Part shown: one piece after another, positions 36,138-48,049 of the stretch
Position numbering within the stretch: position 1 is the stretch's first letter
How the letters are laid out: each line of letters begins with the position of its first letter
From: Negaprion brevirostris
Taxonomy: Eukaryota
Assembly: GCA_030324005.1 (NCBI GenBank)
Contig: JARDVH010000097.1
Coordinates: forward strand, 35,673,945 to 35,737,944
Reading direction: 5' to 3'
Length of the DNA stretch: 64,000 nt
Made by a program: the position numbers and the translations under genes
Notes under the pieces: model-generated
Database searches by the model: none
What the model saw: only the letters and a program-made list of their open reading frames with translations
Told to the model about the DNA's origin: nothing

Positions 36138-36985
36138 AAACAACACTTCCTCCACAATAATCCTGAACACCAGTGGCCCACAAGGCTGTGTTCTCAGCCC
36201 CCTACTATACTCCTTATGGACCTATGCCTGTATGGCCAAATTCCCCTCCAATTCGATTTTCAAGTTTATTAACAATACCACCGTAGTGGGTGGGATCTCA
36301 AGCAATGACAAGGCAGAGTACAGGAATGAGAGACATAATCTGGTGAACTGATGCAGCAACAATAATCTCTCTGTCAATGTCAACAAAATGAAGGAGATTG
36401 TCATCGACTTCAGAAAGCATAAAGGATAACATGCCCCTGTCTACATTAATGGTGATGAAGTAGAAAGGGTCGAGAGCTTCAAGTTTTTAGGTGTCGAGAT
36501 CAAAAACAATCTGTCCTGGTTCCCCCACGCCAACACTATAGTTAAGAAAGCCCACCATCGTCTCTATTTTCTCAGACTAAGGAAATTTGGCATGTCAGCT
36601 ATGACTTTCACGAACTTTTACAGAAGCACTATAGAAAGCATTCTTTCTGGTTGTATCACAGCTTGGTATAGCTCCTGCTCTGTCCAAGTCCGCAACGAGC
36701 AACAAAAGGTCGTGAATTAGCTCAATCTACCACACAAACCAGCCTCCCATCAATTGACTGTCTGGCAGAATAGCTTCTGCCCTGCTGCCATCAGACTTCT
36801 CAATGGATTTATCTTGCATTAAGTTGATCTTCCTCTACACCCTACCTATGACTGTAACACTACATTCTTCACTGTCTTGTTTCCTTCTCTATGAACGGTA
36901 TGCTTTGTCTGTATAGTGCGCAAGAAATAATACTTTTCGTTGTATACTAATACATGTGGCAATAATAAATCAAATCAAATCAAAA
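36138..36985 (+). mobile_element. Rex1/Babar LINE 3' about 850 bp
   Basis: SGPQGCVLSPLLYSL...KFINNTTVVG (decayed KFADD), KFLGV, KKAH.RLYFL; tail acatgtggcaataataaatcaaatcaaatc. Confidence 0.9.
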
Positions 36986-37458
36986 TGCACTCAGTGCTTT
37001 ATCAAAGGAACACAATGTCAGGAAGAGGCTGCCTGCAAAAGCCATCTCCTGCCCTTTCTGCTGACATCCTTGCCTCCTTTCTGCCAAGATCCCACACTGT
37101 GACTGCCATGTCATCCTCAATAACCCATGGCCTGTATTCTTCATTAATCCTGGACTTCAGCTGAGTGCTTTATTGGTGGTTGCCACTGCTCACACTGCAT
37201 TTGATTGACTGGCAGTGCTCAGGGTGTGAAATGTTCACCCTCAAGGTCCCCAGTCTCAGGGTAGGCCCACTACTGGTTGTGTAAGTGCCTGATTTACACT
37301 TGAAATGACCTTCCTTAAAGAAGGTGACATGGAGCACTCCCCATCTCACCAACTGGTAAGCAAGACCACTATCACATGCTTTAAATGCTACTCATTATGT
37401 GAATATATTAAAAAAAACGCACAAGAGACTATTTCATAACCCTGCTTACGTATATTAT

Positions 37459-38006
37459 AAGAAGTCTCACAACACCAGGTCAAAGTCCAACAGGTTTATT
37501 TGGCAGCACTAGCTTTTGGACCCTCAAGCTCCTTCTTCAGGTGAGTGAGAACTTGTGTTCACAGAGAGGGCATATAAAGACAGAAATTCAGTTGACAAGA
37601 TAATGGTTGGAATGTGAATTTTTACAGGCAATCAAGTCTTAAAGATACAGACAATGTGACTGGAGAGAGGGTTAAGCCCAGGTTAAAGAGATGTGTATTA
37701 ATATACACATAATAAATACACATATAATACACATCTCTTTAATCTGTGTTTAACCCTTTCTCCACTCACATCGTCTGTACCTTTAAAACTTGATTACCTG
37801 TAAAGACTCGCATTCCAACCATTACCTTGTAAATTGAGTTTGTGTCTTTATGTGCCCTGTTTGTGAACACAAGTCTTCACTCACCTGAAGAAAGAGCTTG
37901 AGGCTCTGAAAGCTAGTGCTGCCAAATAAACCTGTTGGACATAAACCTGATGTTGTGAGACTTCTTGCTGTGCTTACCCCAATCCAACGTCGGAATCTCC
38001 ACATCA
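37459..38006. mobile_element. Penelope inverted-repeat element (arms of about 240 bp, spacer of about 25 bp, one-sided tail)
   Basis: 37459-37700 is the reverse complement of about 37724-37966; extra tail gctgtgcttaccccaatccaacgtcggaatctccacatca on the right; 13-bp TSD ttacgtatattat / ttaagtatattat. Confidence 0.9.
37882..37918 (+). ncRNA. Minimal (Penelope-type) hammerhead ribozyme motif, core intact
   Basis: CAC-CUGAAGA-A-AGAGC-UUGAG-GCUCU-GAAA-GCUA-GUG: conserved core, 5-bp stem II, palindromic AGCU stem III, CAC/GUG stem I; activity not shown. Confidence 0.7.
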
Positions 38007-38112
38007 TTAAGTATATTATTTCATGAAATCTTTCGATGAATTCAACAACTTAAACCTCTGGATGATGATCTATGCTTATAATGCTCCAGAAATAGGGTTG
38101 TAACACTTCAAC

Positions 38113-38405
38113 CTCTTTTTTTTAATTGATTAATGGGCTGTGGACTTTGCTGGCTTGGCCTGCATTAGTTGTCCATCCCTAATAGCCTTTGAGAACATAG
38201 TGGTTAGTCAGCATCTTGAATCGCTGTAGTCCATGTGCAGTAGGAATACTTACACTGTTGTTAGGAAGGAAGTTCCAGGATTTTGACCCAGTGAAGGTGA
38301 AGATACATCAAAATAGTTCCAAGTCAGGATCGTATTATACTTGGCGGTGACGTTCCCCTGCATCTTGTCCTTTCAGATGGTAGAGGCCGTGGATTTGGAA
38401 TCATG
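38113..38405 (-). mobile_element. Zenon-like LINE 3' end
   Basis: ttttttaattgattaatggg...gtccatccctaatagccttt...aggaagttccaggattttgaccca. Confidence 0.75.
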
Positions 38406-38649
38406 GTTTTTTGCTGGGAATTTGGGATCAGTGAATTTATTTTCTTATTATGCGCCTAATACCAGCCTGCTAAAGAGGAACACATTGACCATCAAACTAT
38501 TTGGAACAATTTATTGGCTAAGTAATTAGACAGAGAAATGATTAGTACAATTTTTTCTGACTCTTCATTTGCAGCAATTTAATTTTTAAAACTGTAAACA
38601 TATGGGCTGGAATTCTCTAATGTCACATGCCCCGCTACAACTGCCAGGG

Positions 38650-38875
38650 GGTTTTCTCTGAGTGATCTTGTTTGTTCCCACAGTCCAAAGATATGCAGGT
38701 TAGGTGGATTGGTCATGCTAAATTGTCCCTTAGTGTCCAAAGTTAGAAAGAGATTTGGGGGATTAATGAGGCAAGGTACATATGGTTACATGGATAGGGC
38801 CTGGTTAAGAGTCACTGCAGACTCGATGGGCTAAATGGCCACCTTCTGCACTGTAAGAATTCTATGATTCTATGA
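38650..38875 (+). mobile_element. HE1 SINE, 5'-truncated
   Basis: cccacagtccaaagatatgcaggttaggtggattgg...ctgtaagaattctatgattctatga. Confidence 0.85.
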
Positions 38876-39027
38876 ACCACATAGAGTCTTTGGCACAGGA
38901 ACAGGTCAGTTTGCTTAAATAGGCTATATTGGAGCCTCCTCTTTTAAATTCTATCTTGTTGTATAAGAACTGTGCATTTAATTTTTAATGATGATAGCAA
39001 ACCTGTCAAGGGATTTTTCACATTAGA

Positions 39028-39450
39028 CTGAATTTTCCCAATCCCTTGGAGGTGGGCTAGGTGGCTGGATCAGGAACAAAATTGCAAAATAGCACATTGG
39101 ATCAGCTACCAAGCAGTGGGTAGTCAATTAAAGTAATTAATGGGCCAATTGGGGGAACGTTGATAGCGTTGCCAGGATCTTTCAGAAGCAGACTGCTCTC
39201 TCCCTCTGAGATAAAACCTGGCAGGGAACTGGAGGTGGCCAGCCTGCAGTGAATCAGAAGGCCACCAACATCTCCACTCACTCCCCTCAATGTGATCTCG
39301 GTGGGATGCAACGGCCGTAGTCACAGCTGCATGCCAGCCTGTTGAGGTACCCAGCTGGTCTCAGCAATGTCCAACTCTTCCAGTGAGACTCCCAGTTGGG
39401 CATTACTGTGGGCCCTCCCATTGGTCCTGCCATAGAGAAAATTTAATTTT
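39028..39450. mobile_element. Probable PIF/Harbinger-type non-autonomous element (decayed)
   Basis: Starts ctgaattttccc, GC-rich interior, ends gagaaaattt; same style as the other MITEs. Confidence 0.4.
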
Positions 39451-39779
39451 GATGAAATAACATTTCTGAATTGACTGCATACAGCAATCTGTAATGCTGC
39501 ATACATGTCTGTAATGCTGTCGGTGGTTTATGTTTAAATTCACAGGTGTGAATTTAAAGCATGTGAAGTGGGAGATTTATATTGGTGACTTGTTCTCCCC
39601 TGAATAACAGAGTACACACCTGGTGAGTTACAGTTGGAACCCCTTTCCTTCTCACCCATCCCCCAGACATACACATAGCCATGTGCACAGAAGGTAATGC
39701 TTTTGAATACTCAGCGTCCACAGATTGGCCTGGGAGTATCTGCTGGGCTTCAATTTGACATTTCCTCTTTTTGCACCTG

Positions 39780-40380
39780 GTTACATTTAAAGAGGTAATT
39801 GAGATGTTACGTGGAGGTGGGGTTTTTTTTGGCTTTTATTTTAATGTGTGGATTGCAAACAGAGAAAAAAGATCGTTGAAGCCTGTCTTGCTGTTTTATT
39901 AATTCATTAAATTGTTGGGCTCTGCTCACCATGTTAGTCTGTTTTACTGATCTGTGCATTGCTCTTTTTTTGAAGTAACCTATTCTGCTTATATTACTGT
40001 AATAAGAAATCAGAGACAGAAAAGAATGGTTAAAATGGCTTGTAGAATGGATTTTCATTGCACAATTTAATTTCCCTCCTGGTTTTTTGCATGTCTCAAC
40101 TGATACAGTTAACCCCCGGGTTCCTACTTGATGAGAAAAGATTGTATAATGAAAATCTAGTTTGACCTTTGACATTGAGCTGAAGTTTAATCTGATAAAA
40201 GAACTCTATAATTGCAGAGGTAGCCAGGAATAAGGTCTCAGTGATAACCGCGGGATGACAATTTAATTTCCTTCGACCAAACTGACTTTCATATTCATTC
40301 CGCAAATCTACCGTCCCATTGAAATCCAATGCTTCAATATTGGATATTCATTTTTTGAAGCTGATATAGGACAAGCCTTG
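39780..40380. promoter_or_regulatory. Candidate enhancer / conserved non-coding element
   Basis: TE-free; retained CpGs; TGACCTTTGACA DR1-like site, CTGATAA/GTGATAA GATA sites, many TAAT cores, and the exact 14-mer acaatttaatttcc twice; conservation not tested. Confidence 0.35.
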
Positions 40381-40864
40381 AAACATGGAAACTGATCTGA
40401 GAAGAAGCAACAGAAACCTGCAGAGATCAAACTTGCTGGAGAAACAGACATGTTGAGTGCACCAGATTGCTGCAGGCAGGAAAGTGATTATCCAGGAATA
40501 ATGAGTTAAACCATAAATTTACTAAAATGCATTTTAATTAAAGATGAGCCCTGCATGTAATGTTTTTTTTTAAGCAACTCCACTATAATTAGAAAAGAAG
40601 ATGACCCAATATTTTGTAACTATCTATTTCTATTCTGCTGTTGTAGCACATCCACTTTTAATTTTATTCCTCTCCAGTCATCAGTGCTACCACAAATTGT
40701 CTTGCTTTGAAAGAATTAAAGAGGATGGGAGAAAATGTCAATACATTTGGTATGATGAGTACCAGCAACAGTATTCTATTGTTTTCAGTATGGAGCAGAG
40801 CAAAGGCTGATGGTTATCAGTGTAGATAATTATATTTTAAGTACTCATCTGAAAGGAAAAATGA

Positions 40865-41110
40865 TGGGATGATTTTCTCTGGCCACATTGTGCCTGGTGC
40901 AAATCCTGCCATGCTGGGAAAATACTGGGAGTGCCCTGGATTGGGAATTGCGCCAGGCACCAAATAGTTCACGATGATCCTGGGCCACTCCAGCGGACAT
41001 AATTAGGTTCATTTCCAGCAAGGGCATGATTCCTCTTCACTTACATATAGCTTTCAATATGCAAAGTCGGGCTTAATGCCAAATCTTCCAAGACCGTGCA
41101 ATGTTCCCAC
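40865..41110. mobile_element. PIF/Harbinger-type MITE left part
   Basis: gggatgattttctc terminus followed by GC-rich interior, running into a gap. Confidence 0.45.
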
Positions 41111-41419
41111 ACTTGGGTGTAACATAGAACTNNNNNNNNNNNNNNNNNNNNNNNNNNNNNNNNNNNNNNNNNNNNNNNNNNNNNNNNNNNNNNNNNNNNN
41201 NNNNNNNNNNNNNNNNNNNNNNNNNNNNNNNGTATTTCCTCATTTGATTTCTCTGCACATGAAACATTTGTTTTTTTTCTCAAGTTCTCTTTTTTTTCCT
41301 CCCTTGTCTCCTCCTTTCTGCAATAACACAAATTGGATTACAGCTGTACAGGCACTGGTAGTTCATTCATACCTTAGAAAAGTAAACATTTACATAGTCT
41401 GTTACCACCTTGGCATGCC

Positions 41420-41772
41420 ATTTGATTTGATTTATTATTGTCACATGTATTGGCATAAAATGAGAAGTATTGTTTCTTGCGCGCTATACAGACAAAGAGA
41501 AGGAAAAAGAGTGCAGAATATAGTGTTCCAGTCATAGCTAAGGTGTAGAGAAAGATCAATTTAGTGTGAGGTGGGTCCATTCAAAAGCCTGATGGCAGCA
41601 GAGAAGGAGCTGTTCTTGAGTCTGATGGTATGTGATTTCAGACTTTTGTATCTTTTTCCCAATGGAAGAACATGGAAGTGGGTATGTCCCAGGTACATGG
41701 GGTCCTTAATTATGCTGGCTACTTTTCCGAGGCAGTGGGAAATGTAAAGAGAGACAATGGATGGGCAGCCGC
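41420..41772 (-). mobile_element. Rex1/Babar 3' end
   Basis: atttgatttgatttattattgtcacatgta... is the reverse of the 36900-36985 tail. Confidence 0.85.
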
Positions 41773-42601
41773 TTTGTAAATAAAAGTAGCCAGTCTAGAT
41801 GTGTATGTGAGTTATCTGAATATATGAAGCATCACAGCAAGTCCAATGTTCCCATAGGCACTAACACGAATCGTCACTGACAGTATCTGGGATCAGGAGT
41901 CCCAACCCCAGAAAGTTGAAGTTCGAAGTGGTAGTGCCACTGATGCTCTGATGAAAATGAGCTATCACCATGCAGATCAGGAGCTGAAGCTGGCACCTTT
42001 TTCTTTGAAGATTTGGTGACATGCTATCCAAGTCATTGGTTTTGAAAAAAATCAGGCTAATTCCTAAAATAGGCATCTCTTTAAAAAAAACTCTGATCAT
42101 AATCTACTAATAAACTTCCTACAATCCATGTTCCTTCATGCGAACACATAAAAATAACCAAAATTGTTTCCTTACTGCACTCTATTTATATTGCTCCTGT
42201 TAAATGTGTAAAGTAGGACTTAAAGTCACCCTGAGATGTTATTAACTGATCTGTTTAAAAATAAGTAGATTTTGCTACAGGGTTATTATTCTTTTTAACA
42301 AATTTACTGAAATATGTGGCATGTAGGTGTACTCTGTCTCAAGTAGCAGCAAATGCAGGGTAATTACTGTCAAAGTTGTAGTTGATGTAAAGTTCAACTA
42401 GTGTAGTAATTGTGAAAAGAAAGATGATGTAATTGAACTGGTGATATGAATTGATGCAACTTTTTCTGGCAGTCTGAATCACAATATGATAAATCCTCAA
42501 TAAAATTAAATACTTGTGAAATATTTTATTGCACATTGATTGAGAGACAGATATGAGTGTCCCATATTTTAATTTCAAAGAACATGGTTTGCAATCATTC
42601 T

Positions 42602-43355
42602 GGGGGTGATTCTTCCAGTCCCACTATGCTGCTTTTGTAGCACAGTGGGCTGGGAGACTGAAGCAGAGATCATTTTGCAGACTGAAGTCTCGTGCCTGCT
42701 CGTCCCCCTCCTCCCCCCATCAGGAGTGGTTCACTCCAGCGGGGTTTACTGTATCTGGAGGGAGCTGGTGGCCCACCCAATGGAGTGAAGGGGAAGCCAT
42801 AGAGGCTCCCCTAAAGGGTCAGTGGGGGCAATGGGTGCCTGCTGCATGTTGCCACCTTAGTGCCAGCCTGGCCCCCTGGCACTGCCAAAGGGGCAAAGTA
42901 CCAATGCCTAGGGGGCATCTTAGCACTTCCAAACAGGCATCAGGTAGTGCAAAGGGGGTGAGGCCTGAAGGAGGCAGGACCTAAAGGGAGTTCCATTTAG
43001 AGTGTCCTGCTGCTCCAGTGCAGTAATCTATGTTCAGTGGAGAGGGGAGTAGTTCAGACTGGGAGTGGGGAGAGGGGGGAGGGGGGTCAGCATCAATGGG
43101 GGAAGGTCCCAATGTCCACAGAGGGTGATCTTTAATCTCAGTTTGAGATCAAGGGCACCCTGACCTCTGTGAAGTTGGACTTGCCAACGTGTTTAGACCA
43201 CGCCCTTCATGATGATGGTGCAAAACAAGCCTGCTTTCCAAAAGTGGCAAAATGTGGGACGATCTTGTCAGGATCCTGCCTGCTTTTCTGAGGAGGAACA
43301 CACTAGTTTCCTGACTGAACTTGACACCTCACCATTTTTTAGGAGAATTCCACCC
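42602..43355. mobile_element. PIF/Harbinger-type MITE
   Basis: Imperfect TIRs gggggtgattcttcc / aggagaattccaccc around a GC-rich interior. Confidence 0.65.
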
Positions 43356-43849
43356 ATTATTTCCAGTAAGGTGGTGGAGTTGGGGGTTACAGATGGGCTG
43401 GAAGGGTTAGGTTGAGAAAATGGGATGACCGCCATTTTTAGAGAATCATGTGATTATTCCATGCCAATATTCTGCTTTCAAAATGGTTGGGAAATTGACA
43501 AAAGATGTGGGAGAAAATGGGGACCTAAAGGTACACATTTATCCATTTGTCCTTCATACTGCTTTATCAGGGACATAATACTTTTTTTGCTGTTGTTAGC
43601 TCATTACAACTGACAACGAAAAGATTGTAGAGAATTGTATTCAATAAGCAATATTAGAGCTACTGCTACTGTTGGTTGTGATTATTTTCTCCTTATCTTT
43701 TGAAGATAATGAACCATTATAATGCAGATTTACTCTCAGCCATTCTGATTCTTCAGCCAGGTGGCATTTCCAATGTGTCAGCAAACTAAGAACCTTTTTC
43801 CAGGCTGTTTTCTGACAACAGGTCTTGAGGCCCCAGCTGTCACTGGACA

Positions 43850-44085
43850 GTCATCAGAAGTGGAAATCTTGGCTGATTGACAGTTAAGAGCATAGCAATT
43901 GAACTCCCTTCACCAGTAACACTATCTGTTGGTATTAGGAATCACTGCCTATTTCCCCTACCCCCAAAGCTTAAAGGCACTGAGACCAACTACAGGAATC
44001 CTGCTGCTACACCAGCTGTGATCAGCTAATGAGAAACATGGATTGGGTCTGAGATCTTCCTAATCTATTCTGCTCAGGGTTGCTC
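43850..44085 (-). mobile_element. Old SINE-like repeat (family not named)
   Basis: Reverse reads ctgagcagaatagattaggaagatctcag...ttagctgatcacagctgg...gttggtctcagtgcc, resembling an ancient fish SINE; by recollection only. Confidence 0.35.
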
Positions 44086-44849
44086 ATATTCAAACGGAGT
44101 CTTTTGTTTATATAACTTTGTTCAATTTGTTCTGGGTTTCTTTGGTCAAGGGGCAGCTGCATCTTTTCAACAGGTTTTCTATCCTCCCCTGTGGATGATC
44201 CTTTGAGTGAATTCCCTTTTGGTTGAAACAGATAACTTTACCATGTTATTTCATTCTAAGCCACATAGACAAGAAGTTTGCACCTTTTGATTCTTGGCTT
44301 GTGAGGAATTATTTAATCTCAAATAGAGTGGTATCAGTGAGAAGAAACGAGAATCCCCAAAGATTCATGATCTTCCTTCCTCCTGTCCCATAATTCTCAC
44401 AGGAAGGCATTGAAGAAATGCTTGTATTCTCATAGCTGCCTCCTCACAGATTTGGAGCAAGGCAATTCGCTGAAAGAATTACTTTTGAAAGACATTGAAT
44501 ATTCAGATTGGGCTTAGATGTGAAGGACTACATAATCAAACAGCCTGCAAGCATTTTCAGTCTGGGTAATATAACATGAGAGCTGTTGGCCACTGTAGAA
44601 CTGTTCTCCAAGTAGGAACTTGTACCTTTAAGAATGGAGCAGATCTCAAAAAGGGGGAAAGGTGAATTTTGTTGTATTAACTTGACAAGGTTTTGAAATT
44701 GTGTTCTTTAATATCATTGCTACCAGTACTATGTATGCCAGAAACTAGTTAATGCAGCATGGTTACCACTTTCACACTGAAAAGGATTGGTTTCAAACTC
44801 TGCACAATGTCCTGTACTGCATTGGAACCATATTTTTGCATGCTTCTTA

Positions 44850-45150
44850 AGGTGGCACAGTGGTAGGTACTACTGCCTCACAGTGCCAGAGACCCAGGTT
44901 CAATTCCAGCCTTGGATGACTGTGTGGAGTTTGCACATTCTCCCCATATCCTCTGGGTGCATCCTTCCACAGTCCAAAGATGTGTAGGTTAGGTGGATTG
45001 GCCAAGCTAAATTGCCCTTTCGTGTCCCAAGATGTGCAGGTTAAGTGGATTGACCATGCTAAATTACCCTTAGTGTCCCAAGATGTATAGGTTAGATGGA
45101 TTAGCTATGGTTAATGTGCAGGTTACGGAGATAGGGTGGGGAAAGTGCCT
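44850..45150 (+). mobile_element. HE1 SINE with an extra internal 51-52 bp unit
   Basis: gatgtg.aggtta..tggatt.. unit starts at 44979, 45031 and 45082. Confidence 0.85.
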
Positions 45151-47239
45151 GCATTGTCCAATACGCCAACTTTACAATGTCCTCATCTGATTCCCATGTT
45201 GTAGAATTCATGTGCAACTTCACTCTCTGATGAGCTGGCAAATGAGTTATCATTTTCTCCTGGCTTGGCTACACAGCCCACTCATGCCCAAGGCTTCACT
45301 GTGTGTAAGATTCTCAACTTTACGCCATCCTTTAAAATTTGCACAATGTCAGTACCTGAGCTTATGACTCTGAGTGTCTGATCAGACAGTGCTTCTTCAT
45401 CACTGCTGTTGTGTTGCTCTCACTCCTCATGAAGAGGCTCCACTGGCTCAGCAGATAGCAATTTTTGGTTGTTTGATAATAGGAAAGGAAGACTGGAGGT
45501 GAAATAAATGTGGTTTATTGAAAATCACCTGCAGCTTGCACTGCATGTCAGATAACAGAGTAAGGGTGAGATGGGGTCGAGAAAGGGTACATGGCAGTAA
45601 AACATCACCTTCTTCAATANNNNNNNNNNNNNNNNNNNNNNNNNNNNNNNNNNNNNNNNNNNNNNNNNNNNNNNNNNNNNNNNNNNNNNNNNNNNNNNNN
45701 NNNNNNNNNNNNNNNNNNNNNNNNNNNNNNNNNNNNNNNNNNNNNNNNNNNNNNNNNNNNNNNNNNNNNNNNNNNNNNNNNNNNNNNNNNNNNNNNNNNN
45801 NNNNNNNNNNNNNNNNNNNNNNNNNNNNNNNNNNNNNNNNNNNNNNNNNNNNNNNNNNNNNNNNNNNNNNNNNNNNNNNNNNNNNNNNNNNNNNNNNNNN
45901 NNNNNNNNNNNNNNNNNNNNNNNNNNNNNNNNNNNNNNNNNNNNNNNNNNNNNNNNNNNNNNNNNNNNNNNNNNNNNNNNNNNNNNNNNNNNNNNNNNNN
46001 NNNNNNNNNNNNNNNNNNNNNNNNNNNNNNNNNNNNNNNNNNNNNNNNNNNNNNNNNNNNNNNNNNNNNNNNNNNNNNNNNNNNNNNNNNNNNNNNNNNN
46101 NNNNNNNNNNNNNNNNNNNNNNNNNNNNNNNNNNNNNNNNNNNNNNNNNNNNNNNNNNNNNNNNNNNNNNNNNNNNNNNNNNNNNNNNNNNNNNNNNNNN
46201 NNNNNNNNNNNNNNNNNNNNNNNNNNNNNNNNNNNNNNNNNNNNNNNNNNNNNNNNNNNNNNNNNNNNNNNNNNNNNNNNNNNNNNNNNNNNNNNNNNNN
46301 NNNNNNNNNNNNNNNNNNNNNNNNNNNNNNNNNNNNNNNNNNNNNNNNNNNNNNNNNNNNNNNNNNNNNNNNNNNNNNNNNNNNNNNNNNNNNNNNNNNN
46401 NNNNNNNNNNNNNNNNNNNNNNNNNNNNNNNNNNNNNNNNNNNNNNNNNNNNNNNNNNNNNNNNNNNNNNNNNNNNNNNNNNNNNNNNNNNNNNNNNNNN
46501 NNNNNNNNNNNNNNNNNNNNNNNNNNNNNNNNNNNNNNNNNNNNNNNNNNNNNNNNNNNNNNNNNNNNNNNNNNNNNNNNNNNNNNNNNNNNAATCCCCA
46601 GAAACACTACTGGTATCCCTCACCACCTACATCCCACAGGAGATGCAGCTTACTGCCTGAACTGCCATCCCTGATACAATTCAAAAGAGGATCAGATTAA
46701 TATTTAGCACCAGATTTATGACCTTCTGTTTTCAGTGATGTATCCCTCTGATTTCTGGGTGGTCTGAGCACGATGCCAATCTCAAATCTTATCCGCTCCT
46801 GCCCAGTGCTATAAACGGTCTTCAAATCACATACTGTACTTTTATTTCTTGAAGCAGCATCTGCTTTGAACATGTCATAGCATTTTAATTTGGTGCTGTG
46901 TTTATTTGAGTAAGGCTGAAGTATTAAAATAATATTCTGACTTACATTCTCGAATTGCATAATGAGTGACACTTCAGAGAGCTTATGAGATAATACAGAA
47001 ATTTTTTGTCTGTTCTCACATTGGAGAGGTGCCCAAATGAAAGATATAAAAGACACACGCATACACATTGATCAGGAAATCTCAGACCGATGACCGGACG
47101 TGCGGGTGAAGCATAAAGTATCATCATTTACATGCAAAACTGCTGAAACAACATTCCATAGCATTACAACTAGTAAGGACTCGGACTTTATTTGGGATGA
47201 TGGGACAGGCTTTTCAGCTTCTTNNNNNNNNNNNNNNNN

Positions 47240-47520
47240 GCAATTAAATCATAGCTGATCTAAACCTCAACTCCATTTCAGTGCTTCAGCTTGATATCCC
47301 TCAATTGCCTTGCCTTACAAAAGTTTAGTGAGTTCCAATTGTCAATCTCAGCAACATTTTAAAGGATAGTAGAGACCTTGAATTATTCTCTTTATGTGAA
47401 AACAAATTTCCTAATATCTCTCCTATATGGCTTGGTCCTAATTTTGGGATGATGTCCCTTCATTTTTGACTCCCCAGTAAGAGGAAATACTATCGCGGCA
47501 TCTACTCTATTGACTCCTTT
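47240..47520 (-). mobile_element. CR1 3' fragment
   Basis: atcatagctgatctaaacctcaactccatt..., similar to 12295-12570. Confidence 0.65.
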
Positions 47521-47714
47521 TCGGTTATATAACAATGCCTCAAAGCATTTTACTTTGTACTGTATGATAATACATGTGACAATAATAAATCAAATCAAAT
47601 TTTGCAACGATTAAGTAATTTTGAAGTGCAGCACTGTTATAATGGCGGGAAAAGCTGTAACCAGTTTGCACACGGCAAAGCCCCACAAATAGCAATGAGA
47701 TCAAATAGAAGTCT

Positions 47715-47990
47715 TTAATATAATGCAAGGTTTTGCTAGAATGGATACACAGAGAATGTCTCGTCTTGTGGGAAAGAACATGCCTAGAGCCCATCTATAT
47801 ACGTTAGTCACCACAAAATCCAATAGGGGAATCTTTACACAAAGAATGGTGAAGAAGTGGAACTCTCTACCAAAGAGAAAGATATGGTTGAAGCAAATAA
47901 CATAGGTGCATTTAAGAGGAAGTTAAAGAAGCATATGAGGGAGATGGTTACATTGATCGATTTTATGAGGAAAGATGGAAGGTAGCTCTA
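47715..47990 (+). mobile_element. CR1 3' fragment
   Basis: MQGFARMDTQRM...IFTQRMVKKWNSLP (ORF 47723..47905). Confidence 0.75.
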
Positions 47991-48049
47991 CTATTGTGCT
48001 AAATAGGATTTATTTTGAACAGATCTAGCAACCTAAAATTGGGCAACCA

